Positions 10,203-21,914 of a stretch of DNA of 64,000 bases are shown here, piece by piece. Positions within the stretch are counted from its first letter, which is position 1. The number at the start of each line of letters is the position of its first letter. The DNA is from Octopus sinensis (taxonomy: Eukaryota). The DNA is taken from positions 88,474,001 through 88,538,000 of the forward strand of contig NC_043003.1 of NCBI RefSeq assembly GCF_006345805.1, written 5' to 3'. The translations under genes and the position numbers were made by a program. A model generated the notes under the pieces. That model was not told the DNA's origin. It ran no database searches and saw nothing but the letters and a program-made list of their open reading frames with translations.

Positions 10203-13200
10203 ATGGCATAGCTGGGTTGTGTGAATGTGCGTGGAATGGGGTCGAAATGGAAACAAATTTGTTTCCTGAACGACCTCACGACACACGGAGTGGACGTAGC
10301 TATTGTAACCGAGTCCAAGATGAACGGGGCCCAAGCGTTCTCGCCTCTTCTAAATGGTTTCGAGAAATTTATTTCTCCTAGCCGAGGAAGAGGAAGAGGC
10401 GTGGCAGTCCTTATCAGGAAGAGCTTGGACTTGCAGGTAAGTACTGTCTTTCTGGACCCAGAAGGCAGGCTGGTCGTTGTGGATGTGACCCACGTAAGTA
10501 AACAGTCCTTCAGGTTGGTAGGTGTCTACGCTCCGAATGAGTGTAGGCAGGCGGGTTTTTTTCGGAATCTGGAGCACTTTTTAGCGACGTCGAAAACGGT
10601 AGTCTTAGTAGGGAACTTTAACACTGTCCTTGAAGCGCGGGTTGACAGTGTTGGGGAACCCTAGCCTCAAGGGTCTGCTAGAGAGCTTTGATCTAGTGGA
10701 CCGTTATCGACTGGATGAGCCGAGCGTTCCACAGTGGACGTGGAGTAACAACGACGGCTCACACAGATCGTATATAGATAGGATATTCGTTAGGAAAAGA
10801 GATAAGGATACGTTTAGTTGTCCACAGTTTCACATTGTGCCTTACACGGATCACAAATTTGTGACCTGTAGGGTGCAATTAGATAAGTGCCATAGACAGC
10901 GACCCGGGTACTGGAAGCTGAACAAGTCTATTTTGAATTGTGAAGACTTCCGTACCCGGATTAAGGTGTTAGTACAGAGGGCATTGTGTGGCACCATCAT
11001 TAACAATAGATGGTGGCACTCCCTCAAAAGAGCCATTCGTTCAGAGTCCATTAGATTTAGCAATCAGCTAAGATTAGATAGGTCTAGGATAGAGGACGTT
11101 TTAGTTAAGAATCTAAACGAGGCAATGGAAGCTGGCTCTGCATCCGGAGTGATGACGGCAAGGACGGTATTGTACCGTCACCTTAACTCCAAACACGAAG
11201 GTTGCAGAGTCAGAGCTAAGCTACGCGCTGGGAAACGAGAAGGTATTAACGTTGCCGGATGGGCCCGTCGAGTGGAGAGTCAGAGAGGTAACAAAGCTTC
11301 AATCAAGTCTTTAACTGACGAACAGGGACAAAAGATCTATGGACAGGAGGAGATGCAAAAGTTTCTTCACCAGCATTTCGCCCGCGTGTTCGGGGGTGGT
11401 GTGGTGCCGGAGCGGGGGAGGGCCTTAAAGGACTTCCTAGCCGGCGGACCGTGGCTCTCGGGGCGTGAGGTGGAGTGCTGTGAAGGAGCGATCACTTCCA
11501 CGGAGATAGAGGGGATACTGGCTGGATGCGCCGGGGAGAAGTCGCCGGGGTTGGATGGTCTGCCCTACGAGTTTTACCAAAGTATGCCGGACTTGTTCGG
11601 GGGAATAATGGCAGGCGTCTACGCGAACTGGCAGCAGAATGGGAGAATTCCCAGTTCTGTAAGCCGAGGAGTGGTGACGCTAATCCAGAAAGACCCGAGC
11701 AAGGGGGATAACATTAGTAATTACAGGCCCATAACTCTACTTAATGTAGAGTTAAAGATTTTGGCCAAGGTGTTGGCAAAAAGGTTGACGATTGTCGTGG
11801 AGAAACTTGTAGGGAAAGCACAGACATGTGCAATTCCAGGCAGGTCGATCCAGGACAATCTTCACCTTATACGCTACACCTTAGATAGGGTGGGTAAATT
11901 AACCGGCAAGGGCGGGGTAATGGTCCATTTAGACCAAAGTAAAGCGTTCGATAGGGTAAACCAATAAGTACCTGGCGACGGTCCTCGAAGTGGCTGGACT
12001 GGGCCCTGAATTTCGCGGGTGGATCTCCGCTATGTATAGCGGCATCAAGTCCACCGTCCAGATAAACGGATACCTAACGGAACCGTTTTCGATCGAATGT
12101 TCAGTTCGTCAAGGGTGCCCCTTGTCACTACTTTTGTACGTGTTGGCTCTCGAGCCATTGCTGCGAAAGTTGGAGAGGCTGGGAAGTAACCCGGATGAGA
12201 TCGGAGGTGGGAGGACGGTTACTGCTTATGCGGATGACGTCACCCTCATCGTGTCCAATGAGGCCCAGCTACCTTGTGTAGAAGATGCTATCAGAGGATA
12301 CGAGGCGGTGGCAGTAGCAAGGGTTAACAAGGACAAGTTGGTTGGCTTGCGCCTCGGCACCTGGAGGAGCAAGTCGAAATCGTCCAGTGTCGTGGGACAC
12401 TGGACGGATGGTCCTGTTAAGTTGCTAGGAGTTTGGTTTGGGTCAGACTCCCAAACGGAGAGGAATTGGAGTGAGGTGACGAACAAGGTGGAGGCCATAG
12501 TACGGACCTGGTCCGGAAGGTCTCTGTCCTTGAAAGGAAGGGCGGAGGTGGCACAGATGTTCATTGCATCTGTAATCACTTACCGCCTGACCGCTGTCCC
12601 TTGCCCCGATTCATGGCTTAGCAAGTTGGAGCGAATCCTTTTCCGCTTTTTGTGGAAGGGAGGAAAGCCACTTGTGAGGCGCTCCATTTGCTGCCAGGAA
12701 CCGTTAAAGGGTGGGTTAGGAATGCCTTGGTTGATGATGCGCAGGCATGCGTTGAGGCTGAAGCATCTCTGGCACCACCTGGAGGGTGATAAGGTGTGGA
12801 GTCTGCTGGCAGGGGAATTTTTCCCGAGACCGGCTTCCTTAGTGAATTTTAAACCCGGTCGCATCAAAAGACGGAATCTGACTTTATGGCAAAAGGAGTG
12901 CCGACAGGCACTCACGCTGATCCACAAGGCGGGCAAGGCTGGCTGCGGAAATACCACCTCGGTATTTTATAGCAGGCTGGTAGAGGCAAAGAACGACGAC
13001 GTCCTAGGAGGGGCTCTGGGGTTTGACGAAGACCAGCTTACCAACCTGTTTAAAAAGACTTTCAGGACGGGGTATTTGGATAGTTTCCAAAGATCCCTGG
13101 CCTGGCAGTGTTATAGGAATGCTTTACCTGTTCGCGAGAAGTTATCGCGGCACGGAATTTCAGTGCCACCGACGTGTCCAAGATGCGGGTTGGATGATGA

Positions 13201-13576
13201 AACCGTCCAGCACGCTTTTGTACACTGTCGGAAGTTGTCAGACTTGATAAGTTACGCAGAACACGTGTTATCGCATCTGGGACGAGTACAACTGTCGGCT
13301 GAGTCTATGATTAAGATGATACCGCCAACTGGACTCTCGAAGGAAGGTGAGGCATGTTTTCACTGCACGGTTGCAGTAGTAAAAGAATGCATGTGGCGTA
13401 CAAGAATGGAAGGAGTCGCAATAGGATCCTTTGTCTCAGGCCCCGGCTTGCTCACTTACTTCAGATATCATCTGAAGAGCAAAATGGGGCTGGAAAAGAA
13501 GATCTTACCACGAGGTGTGTATGAAAAAAGATGGAAGGAAGTGGCAAAAAAGGTGGGTGTCAGAAACCCAGCTTAA
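10203..13576 (+). pseudogene. Tx1 ORF2 (APE endonuclease, reverse transcriptase, C-terminal zinc finger), disrupted
   Basis: NVRG, VTES, GNFN, SYIDRIF, TDHK (APE); GYWKLN; NYRPITLLN; LDQSKAFDRV; RQGCPLS; AYADD; CPRCGLDDETVQHAFVHC. Lesions: in-frame TAG at 10209, frameshifts near 10650 and 11970. Confidence 0.9.
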
Positions 13577-13833
13577 CTATGGATGGAGGAGAGGAAAGAA
13601 AAGCTGCGGGGCCTTATAGGTTGCCGGGGTTTAAAATATATCAGTAAGAGCGCAAGTTAATGTAATGTTGTAATGTTCTATTGGTCATGCAAAGGACAAT
13701 TTAAATACAAATTTTGTTTAAGGAATAATCCATATATTATGGAAAATTTTTAATCGAACCACTTAACTGTTTTTTGTATGTATGTCCTGTATTGTCCTTC
13801 TATGTAATGATTTTCTAATCGTAATAAAGAAAT

Positions 13834-14063
13834 TCGTCGACAACCATGATTGTCACATGCTGATGAAAGGTAAACACCTTGAAACTCGGGTCTGTGTGTA
13901 TCATGAGTTGAAGACGGGGAGGATGACTCTCCTTCACAAATACTGAGAGGACACAGATAGTGTGTCTATAGCCAGCTGGAGGAGATATCTTCCTGGGGCT
14001 ACAAACTACAGTAGCATCCACCCTTAGGGGTTAGCCATATTCAAATAGCAAATATGCGTCACG
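13834..14063 (+). repeat. Remainder of hammerhead tandem unit 2, truncated by a (TA)n/(TG)n microsatellite
   Basis: 230 bp matching 8161-8390 with 4 substitutions. Confidence 0.9.
13845..13905 (+). ncRNA. Type I hammerhead ribozyme, copy 2
   Basis: Same fold as copy 1: CTGATGA 13860-66, GAAA 13881-84, GTC 13890-92. The first stem I pair is G-U instead of G-C. Confidence 0.88.
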
Positions 14064-14068
14064 ATATG

Positions 14069-14099
<31 letters not shown>

Positions 14100-14146
14100 G
14101 TCTGTATATATATATATGTGGGTGTGTGTGTCTATATATACATGTC

Positions 14147-14214
<68 letters not shown>

Positions 14215-14224
14215 TGTCTATATA

Positions 14225-14685
14225 TATCACTTCAACGACGCCGTGAACGCTACATTATCTGTATGATGTGGAAAATATTCCATCAGCACTGTCCGAATGA
14301 TGTTGGCATCACCTTCAAAATACATCCAAGGCTTGGACCATGTGCCATCCGTCCACAACAAAAATCTAAATCGCATCACATGACGACAATACGGCACAAC
14401 TATTTCACATCAATTGGACCCACTCTCTTCAACACTACACCAGGACACGTCAAAAAAGAAACTGACCACACAAAATTCAAGAAGTCTTTGGACAAATTCC
14501 TTCAAACAGTACCGGACAAACCACCCACACCCAGATATGTCTCCGCAAACAATAACTCTCTGCTCGAATGGGCCTTTGTGCCCAAATCCTGAACTGAATG
14601 ACTTCACCAGGTGGTGCTATAAAGTTAGACATGGCCTGGGCCAATACTGGCCAAAACCTTTCTAAGTTATTCTAAGTTATATACA
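14225..14685 (+). mobile_element. 3' fragment of a CR1/L2-group LINE
   Basis: TIRHNYFTSIGPTLFN...FKKSLDKFLQTVPDKPPTP...NNSLLEW, then a short TTCTAAGTTA tail repeat. Confidence 0.7.
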
Positions 14686-14734
14686 TATACATACATATAC
14701 ATATTTATATATACATACATACATATATATATAT

Positions 14735-15142
14735 CTCTTTACTCTTTTACTTGTTTCAGTCATTTGACTGCGGCCATGCTGGAGGACCACCTTTAATCGA
14801 GCAACTCGACCCCGGAACTTAGTATTTTGTAAGCCCAGTACTTATTCTATCGGTCTCTTTTGCCGAACCGCTAAGTAATGGGGACATAAACACACCAGCA
14901 TCGGTTGTCAAGCGATGTTTGATGGGACAAACACAGACACACAAGCACATACACGCGTATATATATATATACATATATACGACGGGCTTCTTTCAGTTTC
15001 CGTCTACCAAATCCACTCACAAGGCTTTGGTCGGCCCGAGGCTATAGTAGAAGACACTTGCCCAAGATGCCATGCAGTGGGACTGAACCCGGAACCATGT
15101 GGTTGGTAAACAAGCTACTTACCACACAGCCGCTCCTGCGCC

Positions 15143-15143
<1 letters not shown>
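14735..15143 (-). mobile_element. tRNA-derived SINE (family A)
   Basis: A-box TGGCTGTGTGG, B-box GGTTCAGTCC, central microsatellite and shared 3' tail. Matches the copies at 17073, 34938, 38708, 47191 and 54538. Confidence 0.88.
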
Positions 15144-15200
<57 letters not shown>

Positions 15201-15209
15201 GTATGTATG

Positions 15210-15276
<67 letters not shown>

Positions 15277-15278
<2 letters not shown>

Positions 15279-16805
15279 CTTCTAAAAGTATGTAAGAGAG
15301 TCCTAGCAAGACCACTGCAGTTCCTCTTTCAGAGCTTCCTTGCAACTGGCAAACTCCCAAGAAAACTGAAGGAAGGTAAAATATGCCCTATTCATAAAGG
15401 AGGTAGCAGAGCAGAGGCCAAGAACTACAGACCTATCTCTCTGACCTCACACATCAGCAAGGTCATGGAACGAATAGTCAGAAGGAAACTAATCGCGTTC
15501 CTTGAAGAACATGGTTTCTGACCAGGAAGAAGCTGCCTAACTCAGCTCCTACAACACTATGACTGGGTGCTGAAACAACTGCTCAACCACTCAAATGTGG
15601 AAGTCATATATCTTGACTTTGCAAAGGCCTTTGATAAAGTCGATCATGGAATGATATGTAACAAACTGCGTGATCTTGGCGTAGTTGGAAAATTGGGAGA
15701 ATGGCTTCATGACTTTCTGAAGGATAGAAGCCAGGTGGTAGTAGCCAATGGGGCCACTTCCATTAACACGCAAATAGTGAGCGGTATTCCGCAAGCCACT
15801 GTTCATAATGGCCCTCTCAGACATGCCCTCAGCCACGCAGAGAGCCACGATCACAAATTATGCAGATGATACAAAAGTTTCACAGGCAATACAGAACCCT
15901 GAAGACACTATGCACCTGCAATGTGAGCTGGACAAAATATACAAGTGGACTGAAAAGAATAGCATGCAGTTCAATGCTGAAAAGTTTCAAGCTTTATGCT
16001 ATCAGCATGCAAAACTAAATGCAATACCCAATAAATATACTGGACCTGGAGGGATTGCAATCCCAGAGGCAGAATCAGTGCGAGACTTGGGTATTTACAT
16101 GAGTAATGATGCAACCTTTCATGTGCATTTTGCTAAATTGGCAATGAAATGTAGGCGGCTGACCGGATGGATTCTTAGAACCTTTAGAACAAGAGACCAG
16201 GAAACCATGATGGTCCTCTGGAGGACACTTGTTCTAAGCCACTTTGACTATTGCTCTCAGCTATGGTCACCATCCAGTATCAAATTAATCACAGAACTTG
16301 AGGCTATCAAACGAAGCTACACGAAGAAGATAGCCTCTGTGCAGCATATAAGCTATTGGGAAAGACTCAATATACATAATATACATCTGGAAGATCTTAG
16401 AAGGACTTGTCCCAAACTTTGGCATTGAGAGTTATACAAATACTGGGCGCCACTGCATAGTGCCAAGGACTCGAAATTTGCCATCAAGATGTAGGACAAG
16501 ATACTGTGATAGCCTGGGCTTCAGAGGCCCACAGCTCTTGAATATCCTTCTAAAGAACCTGAGAGACCTGCATGGGGTGGATACAGATGTCTTTAAAATA
16601 AAACTGTCAGGTGTCCCAGATGAACCAACTTCATGGCAGGAGGTGCAGATGAGGGCAGCTGCATCGAACTCTCTCATGCACCAAATGGCAATTGCTAAAA
16701 AGCATTTGTGAAGTAAAATCATGTAGCAACACCAAATGGCGGTGCCCCAGCATGGCCACAGCTCGTGAGCTGAAACTAGATAAAATAAATAAAATAAATA
16801 AAATA
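15277..16805 (+). mobile_element. CR1/L2-group LINE, 5'-truncated RT region with tail
   Basis: KNYRPISLTS, YLDFAKAFDKVDH, NYADDT, HFDYCSQLW. Same family as 31184-34370. Confidence 0.88.
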
Positions 16806-16834
16806 TATATACATATATATATATACATACATAC

Positions 16835-16877
<43 letters not shown>

Positions 16878-16912
16878 CATGAATATATATATATACACAT
16901 TATATATATATA

Positions 16913-16950
<38 letters not shown>

Positions 16951-17072
16951 ACATACATATACATATATATATGTATACATACATATACATATATATATAT
17001 ATATACATACATATACATATATATATATATACACACGTACATATACACATATATATACATACACATATATAT

Positions 17073-17242
17073 AGGCGCAGGAGTGGCTGTGTGGTAAGTA
17101 GCTTGCTAACCAACCACATGGCTCCGTGTTCAGTCCCACTGCATGGCATATTGGGCAAGTGTCTTCTGCTATAGCCTCAGGCCAACCAAAGCCTTGTGAG
17201 TGGATTTAGTAGACGGAAACTGAAAGAAGCCTGTTGTATATA

Positions 17243-17283
<41 letters not shown>

Positions 17284-17502
17284 CTGTATATGTTTGTGTA
17301 TCTGTGTTTGTCCCTCTAACATATCTTGACAACCGATGCTGGTGTGTTTACATCCCCATCACCTAGCGGTTTGGCAAAAGAGACCGATAGAATAAGTACT
17401 GGGCTTACAAAGAATAAGTTTCGGGGTCGGTTTGCTCGACTAAAGGTGGTGCTCCAGCATGGCTGCAGTCAAATGACTAAAACAAGTAAAAGAGTAAAGA
17501 GT
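17073..17502 (+). mobile_element. tRNA-derived SINE (family A)
   Basis: AGGCGCAGGAGTGGCTGTGTGG head through ...AAACAAGTAAAAGAG tail. Confidence 0.88.
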
Positions 17503-17558
17503 ATACATATATATATATATATATATATACATATGCATATATATATATATATACATAT

Positions 17559-17869
17559 ATCACCGTGATCACCGTGACCGACCAGGCTATCAGATGCTGC
17601 TACACATCGCTGGTCACAATGCGTTTCACATTGTTTTAGCCTTCGAATGATGCTACCCCACTGGCTAAGCGAGCAGGCCAACAGAAGAAAGAGTGGGGGA
17701 AAGTTGTGGCGAAAGAGTACAGCAGGGATGGCCACCACCCCCTGCCGGATCCGCGAGGAGCTTTAGGTGTTTTCGCTCAATAAACACTCACAACGCCCGG
17801 TCTGGGAATCGAAACCGCGATCCTACAACCGCGAGTTCGCTGCCCTAACCACTGGGCCATTGTGCCTCC
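17559..17869 (-). mobile_element. Second tRNA-derived SINE family (family B)
   Basis: Minus strand begins GGAGGCACAATGGCCCAGTGGTTAGGGCAGC (A-box), has GGTTTCGATTCC (B-box), and ends in a CACGGTGAT tandem tail. Confidence 0.75.
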
Positions 17870-18319
17870 CGAAGCAACATGTATTTGTTCGTCTCCCTGC
17901 GGCCATTAGGCACAACTTCACAAGCCAGCCCCATACTCAACTCGTCCTGTCGAAAGACCCTTGTCCTACGTCCTGGTTTCGTTTTGTTTTTTTATTTTTA
18001 CCGTTATTGTTTTTACGTTTTTGTATTCTTATTGGTGTCACGTATTCTGTATTTTTGTTCGTGTACTTCGTTCGTTTTCCGTCCTCGTGTTGTATACATT
18101 CGAAGCTTTCTTCCAGGGGATCTAATGCGCTTGGCTTAGATTTCCCTTGGCGGGCTGCCCATATCGGAGCAATCTCAAGATTAATCAGCCGAAATTGCTA
18201 AGATGATCTGGTTCTTGACTGATGACTGAGGGCTTCGAATGTCCCGTCCTGTGGTTCTTGTGTCGTCTCTGTGGTGTTTCATGTTCTTGTCCATGTCTGT
18301 AATTATTTTTACTGTTTAC

Positions 18320-18714
18320 CTATATATATATATATATGTACATATATACATATATATATATATACATATATATATACATATACATATATATATATGTACA
18401 TATATACATATTTATATATATATACATATATACATACATATATATATAATATATATATATATATAATATACATATATTATACATATATATAATATACATA
18501 TATATATACATATATACATATTATATATATATACATATATACATATATATATACATATATATATACATATATATATATACATATATATATTACATATATA
18601 TATATATATACATAATATATATATACATATATATATACATATATATACATATATATACATATATATATATATAATATATATATACATATATATACACATA
18701 TATATACATATATA

Positions 18715-18752
<38 letters not shown>
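18320..18752. repeat. (TA)n/(TACA)n compound microsatellite
   Basis: Direct inspection. Similar tracts occur at about 14065-14225, 15144-15275, 16805-17070 and many other sites. Confidence 0.95.
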
Positions 18753-18753
<1 letters not shown>

Positions 18754-18754
<1 letters not shown>

Positions 18755-19149
18755 TAGCAGTATTGCCCGGCGTTGCTCGGGTTTGTAAGGGAAATAACTA
18801 TAAAGCATTTTTAGAGAGCTATAGCCAAAAAACAGCAAAAAATGCATCAAAAATCGAAAAAAATGATGGTAAATTTTTTTTTAAATCGTTGACTCATCGT
18901 AGACATTTTTAGAGAGTTACTTCCTTTTATTAAAAAAAATATGCTTTAAAATGGAAAAAAATTATGGTAAATTATTTTTAAAATCGTAGACTCATCGTAG
19001 ACGTGCGCTAATACCCAGAAGGGCTCGATATGAATCATGACTATAAGATACCCGGTTTTGGTTAAACTGCACTGCAAAATGTGGGAGTAGTTAGGAATCT
19101 AAATCGTAGGAGACAGACACTCACACAACTTCACTTTTATATATATAGA
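18754..19149 (-). mobile_element. Non-autonomous Helitron
   Basis: Minus strand starts TCTATATAT and ends with hairpin CCCG-AGCAACGC-CGGG followed by CTAG; inserted between A and T. Confidence 0.8.
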
Positions 19150-19236
19150 TATGTATATATATATAAATATGTATATATATGTATATATGTACATGTATAT
19201 GTATATATATATAAATATGTATATATATGTATATAT

Positions 19237-19700
19237 TGTTATGAATGGTTCAATTTAAGGACAGTTGGTTGCGACCTACTTGTGGAATAAATCCATTGTT
19301 CTGTCAGATTCACGAAGGAGTAATGAGCTTTGAGGGGACCTTTGGCCTTGTGCCGGTCAAGGAAAGTTCGAGGAAACCCCTTAAAAAGCAGGGAGATGTG
19401 AGTCTGTTAGTCAGTTGGGGACAGAGCGAGTTAGTGACAGGTAGTTTCTGCGATGACAGTGAACGTGAAAGAGGAAGATAAACAGGGAATCTGAGGAGCT
19501 GACAAGCGAGAGAATGATAGAGAATGTGAAAGAGGAAGACAGGCAGGGAGTATTACAGAGCTAAGAGAGAGGGACTACGGTATGAGGGCACTTGGCTGTT
19601 GTTGACGGTATGTGTTTAATTATGTTTTGATATATGAAAAAAAAAGAAGGAAAAAGAATTAATGTGTTGGAAAAAAAGAGAAAGAAGGAGAAAGACTCTA
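19237..19700 (+). mobile_element. 5' part of a Gypsy-type LTR, related to 35373-36361
   Basis: Starts TGTTATG inside a TA tract. Shares the CCGGTCAAG-AAG and TTAGTCAGTTGG blocks and an AG-rich segment with the solo LTR. Confidence 0.5.
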
Positions 19701-19703
19701 ATG

Positions 19704-20682
19704 TATTATAATCAAGATCTAAAATAATCTCTATAAATAATTGTATATAATGAAAACCTAATAAATTTAATTTTTCATATTTAAAGATGAAATAGCTAAT
19801 TTCAAAATACAAATAAACTAACTTAAACGGACTTTCAAAATCTTATGTAAAATACTTATAGAAATATTCAATTCTTAGTAATATAGTATCAAATAAATTT
19901 AATTTTTCATATTTAAAGATGAAATAGCTAATTTCAAAATACAAATAAACTAACTTAAACGGACTTTCAAAATCTTATGTAAAATACTTATAGAAATATT
20001 CAATTCTTAGTAATATAGTATCAAATAAGTACTATAAATATAATTATGAATGGGAATAATTATCTAATATAAATTATGCTATTAAATTAGACATGGCCTA
20101 AACCAATCTTTAGTCGAAACATATCTAATTTTATCAAAGTTTATCTAATTTATTTAATATCTAATAACATAGAAAATTACGATAATTAAATCATTACTTA
20201 AACAATGATATTTAAATAAGGAGAATATTATTACTCGAAAGGCTTATACAATATTAAAATTTACAATTTGAAGATCTTAAAAAGATACATACTTATCTTG
20301 GCGTTGTTTATGTAATGATCTAATTATCGTAATTTTCTATGTTATTAGATATTAAATAAATTAGATAAACTTTGATAAAATTAGATATGTTTCGACTAAA
20401 GATTGGTCTAGGCCATATCTAATTTAATAGCATAATTTATATTAGATAATTATTCCCATTCATAATTATATTTATAGTACTTATAGTATTTATTTGATAC
20501 TATATTACTAAGAATTGAATATTTCTATAAGTATTTTACATAAGATTTTGAAAGTCCGTTTAAGTTAGTTTATTTGTATTTTGAAATTAGCTATTTCATC
20601 TTTAAATATGAAAAATTAAATTTATTAGGTTTTCATTATATACAATTATTTATAGAGATTATTTTAGATCTTGAGTATAATA
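19704..20682. repeat. Long inverted repeat (arms 19704-20197 and 20312-20682) with a 132-bp tandem duplication in the left arm
   Basis: Arms read as reverse complements with few mismatches; spacer about 114 bp; ATAAATTTAATTTTTCAT at 19761 and 19893. Confidence 0.9.
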
Positions 20683-20924
20683 TTTATATATATTTTCATT
20701 GATAATTTATATATATTAGTTATTTTAAATATTTATGCAATTAGATATAGACTAATATTGATATTAGATTATGGGTTTTCTACCTTATAAATTAAAGTTA
20801 ATATTTAACATTATAGTCGATTTCGATATAATCATATTTAATAAAAGAGTTTATTATAAGTAAAATTATTATATTATATATATTATTTATATCTTAAAAA
20901 TATTGATTATATTTTAGATATTTA

Positions 20925-20991
20925 AACCACCTGATGAATGACTGCGACTCAAAAATTTGAAGAAGTTAGCAGGCATGAAACGATCGTAGTG
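20925..20991 (+). ncRNA. Minimal Penelope-type hammerhead motif
   Basis: CAC-CTGATGA-ATG/CTGC...GCAG/CAT-GAAAC-GATC-GTA-GTG. Complete core, palindromic stem III (ACGATCGT), 3-bp stem I. Confidence 0.7.
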
Positions 20992-21214
20992 TGATATTAA
21001 TTATATTTTTTTAATAATTTTGTTATATATTTAAATAATATAAATTAAATAATCATATGTATTGGCTTAAGTTTTTCATTGTTTGATTTGCCTAATAGTG
21101 GTTTTGTCTCTAATTTAATATAATATAATATTTTACTATAAAATTGGATTCAATCCTAAATCTGATTTTTCCCTGTAAGTTTGGATTTATTCCCTAATAT
21201 TTATTATTAATATA

Positions 21215-21609
<395 letters not shown>

Positions 21610-21675
21610 CAATATTAAGGAATGGCCTTTGATTTTTTTGCTACCCTGATATTTATTAATTAATGATATATATAT

Positions 21676-21913
21676 ATCATCATCATCATCGTTTAACGTC
21701 CGTTTTCCGCGCTAGCACGGGTTGGACGGTTTCGACCGGGGTCTGGAGAGCTCGGGACTGCCCCAGGCTCCAGTCTAGTCTGGCAGTGTTTCTACAGCTG
21801 GATGCCCTTCCTAACGCCAACCACTCCGCGAGTGTAGTGGGTGTTTTTTACGTGCCACCTGCACAGGTGCCAGAGGGGTCTGGCATCGGCCACGTTCGGA
21901 TGGTGCTTTTTTT
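21676..21913 (-). mobile_element. RTE 3'-UTR/tail fragment, interrupted
   Basis: (ATC)n then GTTTAACGTCCG...CTGGATGCCCTTCCTAACGCC, as in the 2612 copy. Confidence 0.85.
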
Positions 21914-21914
21914 A

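Larger units (their letters stand above)
8533..13833 (+). mobile_element. Full-length Tx1/L1-clade non-LTR retrotransposon with 20-bp TSD
   Basis: About 220-bp 5' UTR, ORF1 with zinc knuckle, ORF2 APE-RT-zinc finger, 3' UTR with AATAAA at 13823. Identical TCGTCGACAACCATGATTGT at 8513-8532 and 13834-13853. Confidence 0.93.

Noticed and set aside
8161-14063. Direct repeats read as the LTRs of an LTR retrotransposon
   Set aside because: No TG...CA termini, no integrase or protease, ORF2 is APE-RT, and a 20-bp TSD lies inside a second repeat unit.
17790-17869. tRNA-like sequence as a tRNA gene; also the family A heads
   Set aside because: A and B boxes are followed by SINE bodies and tails, with no clean cloverleaf or terminator.
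18160-18260. CTGATGA near 18220 and GCAAT...GAAATTGC hairpin
   Set aside because: No stem II followed by GAAA in hammerhead geometry.
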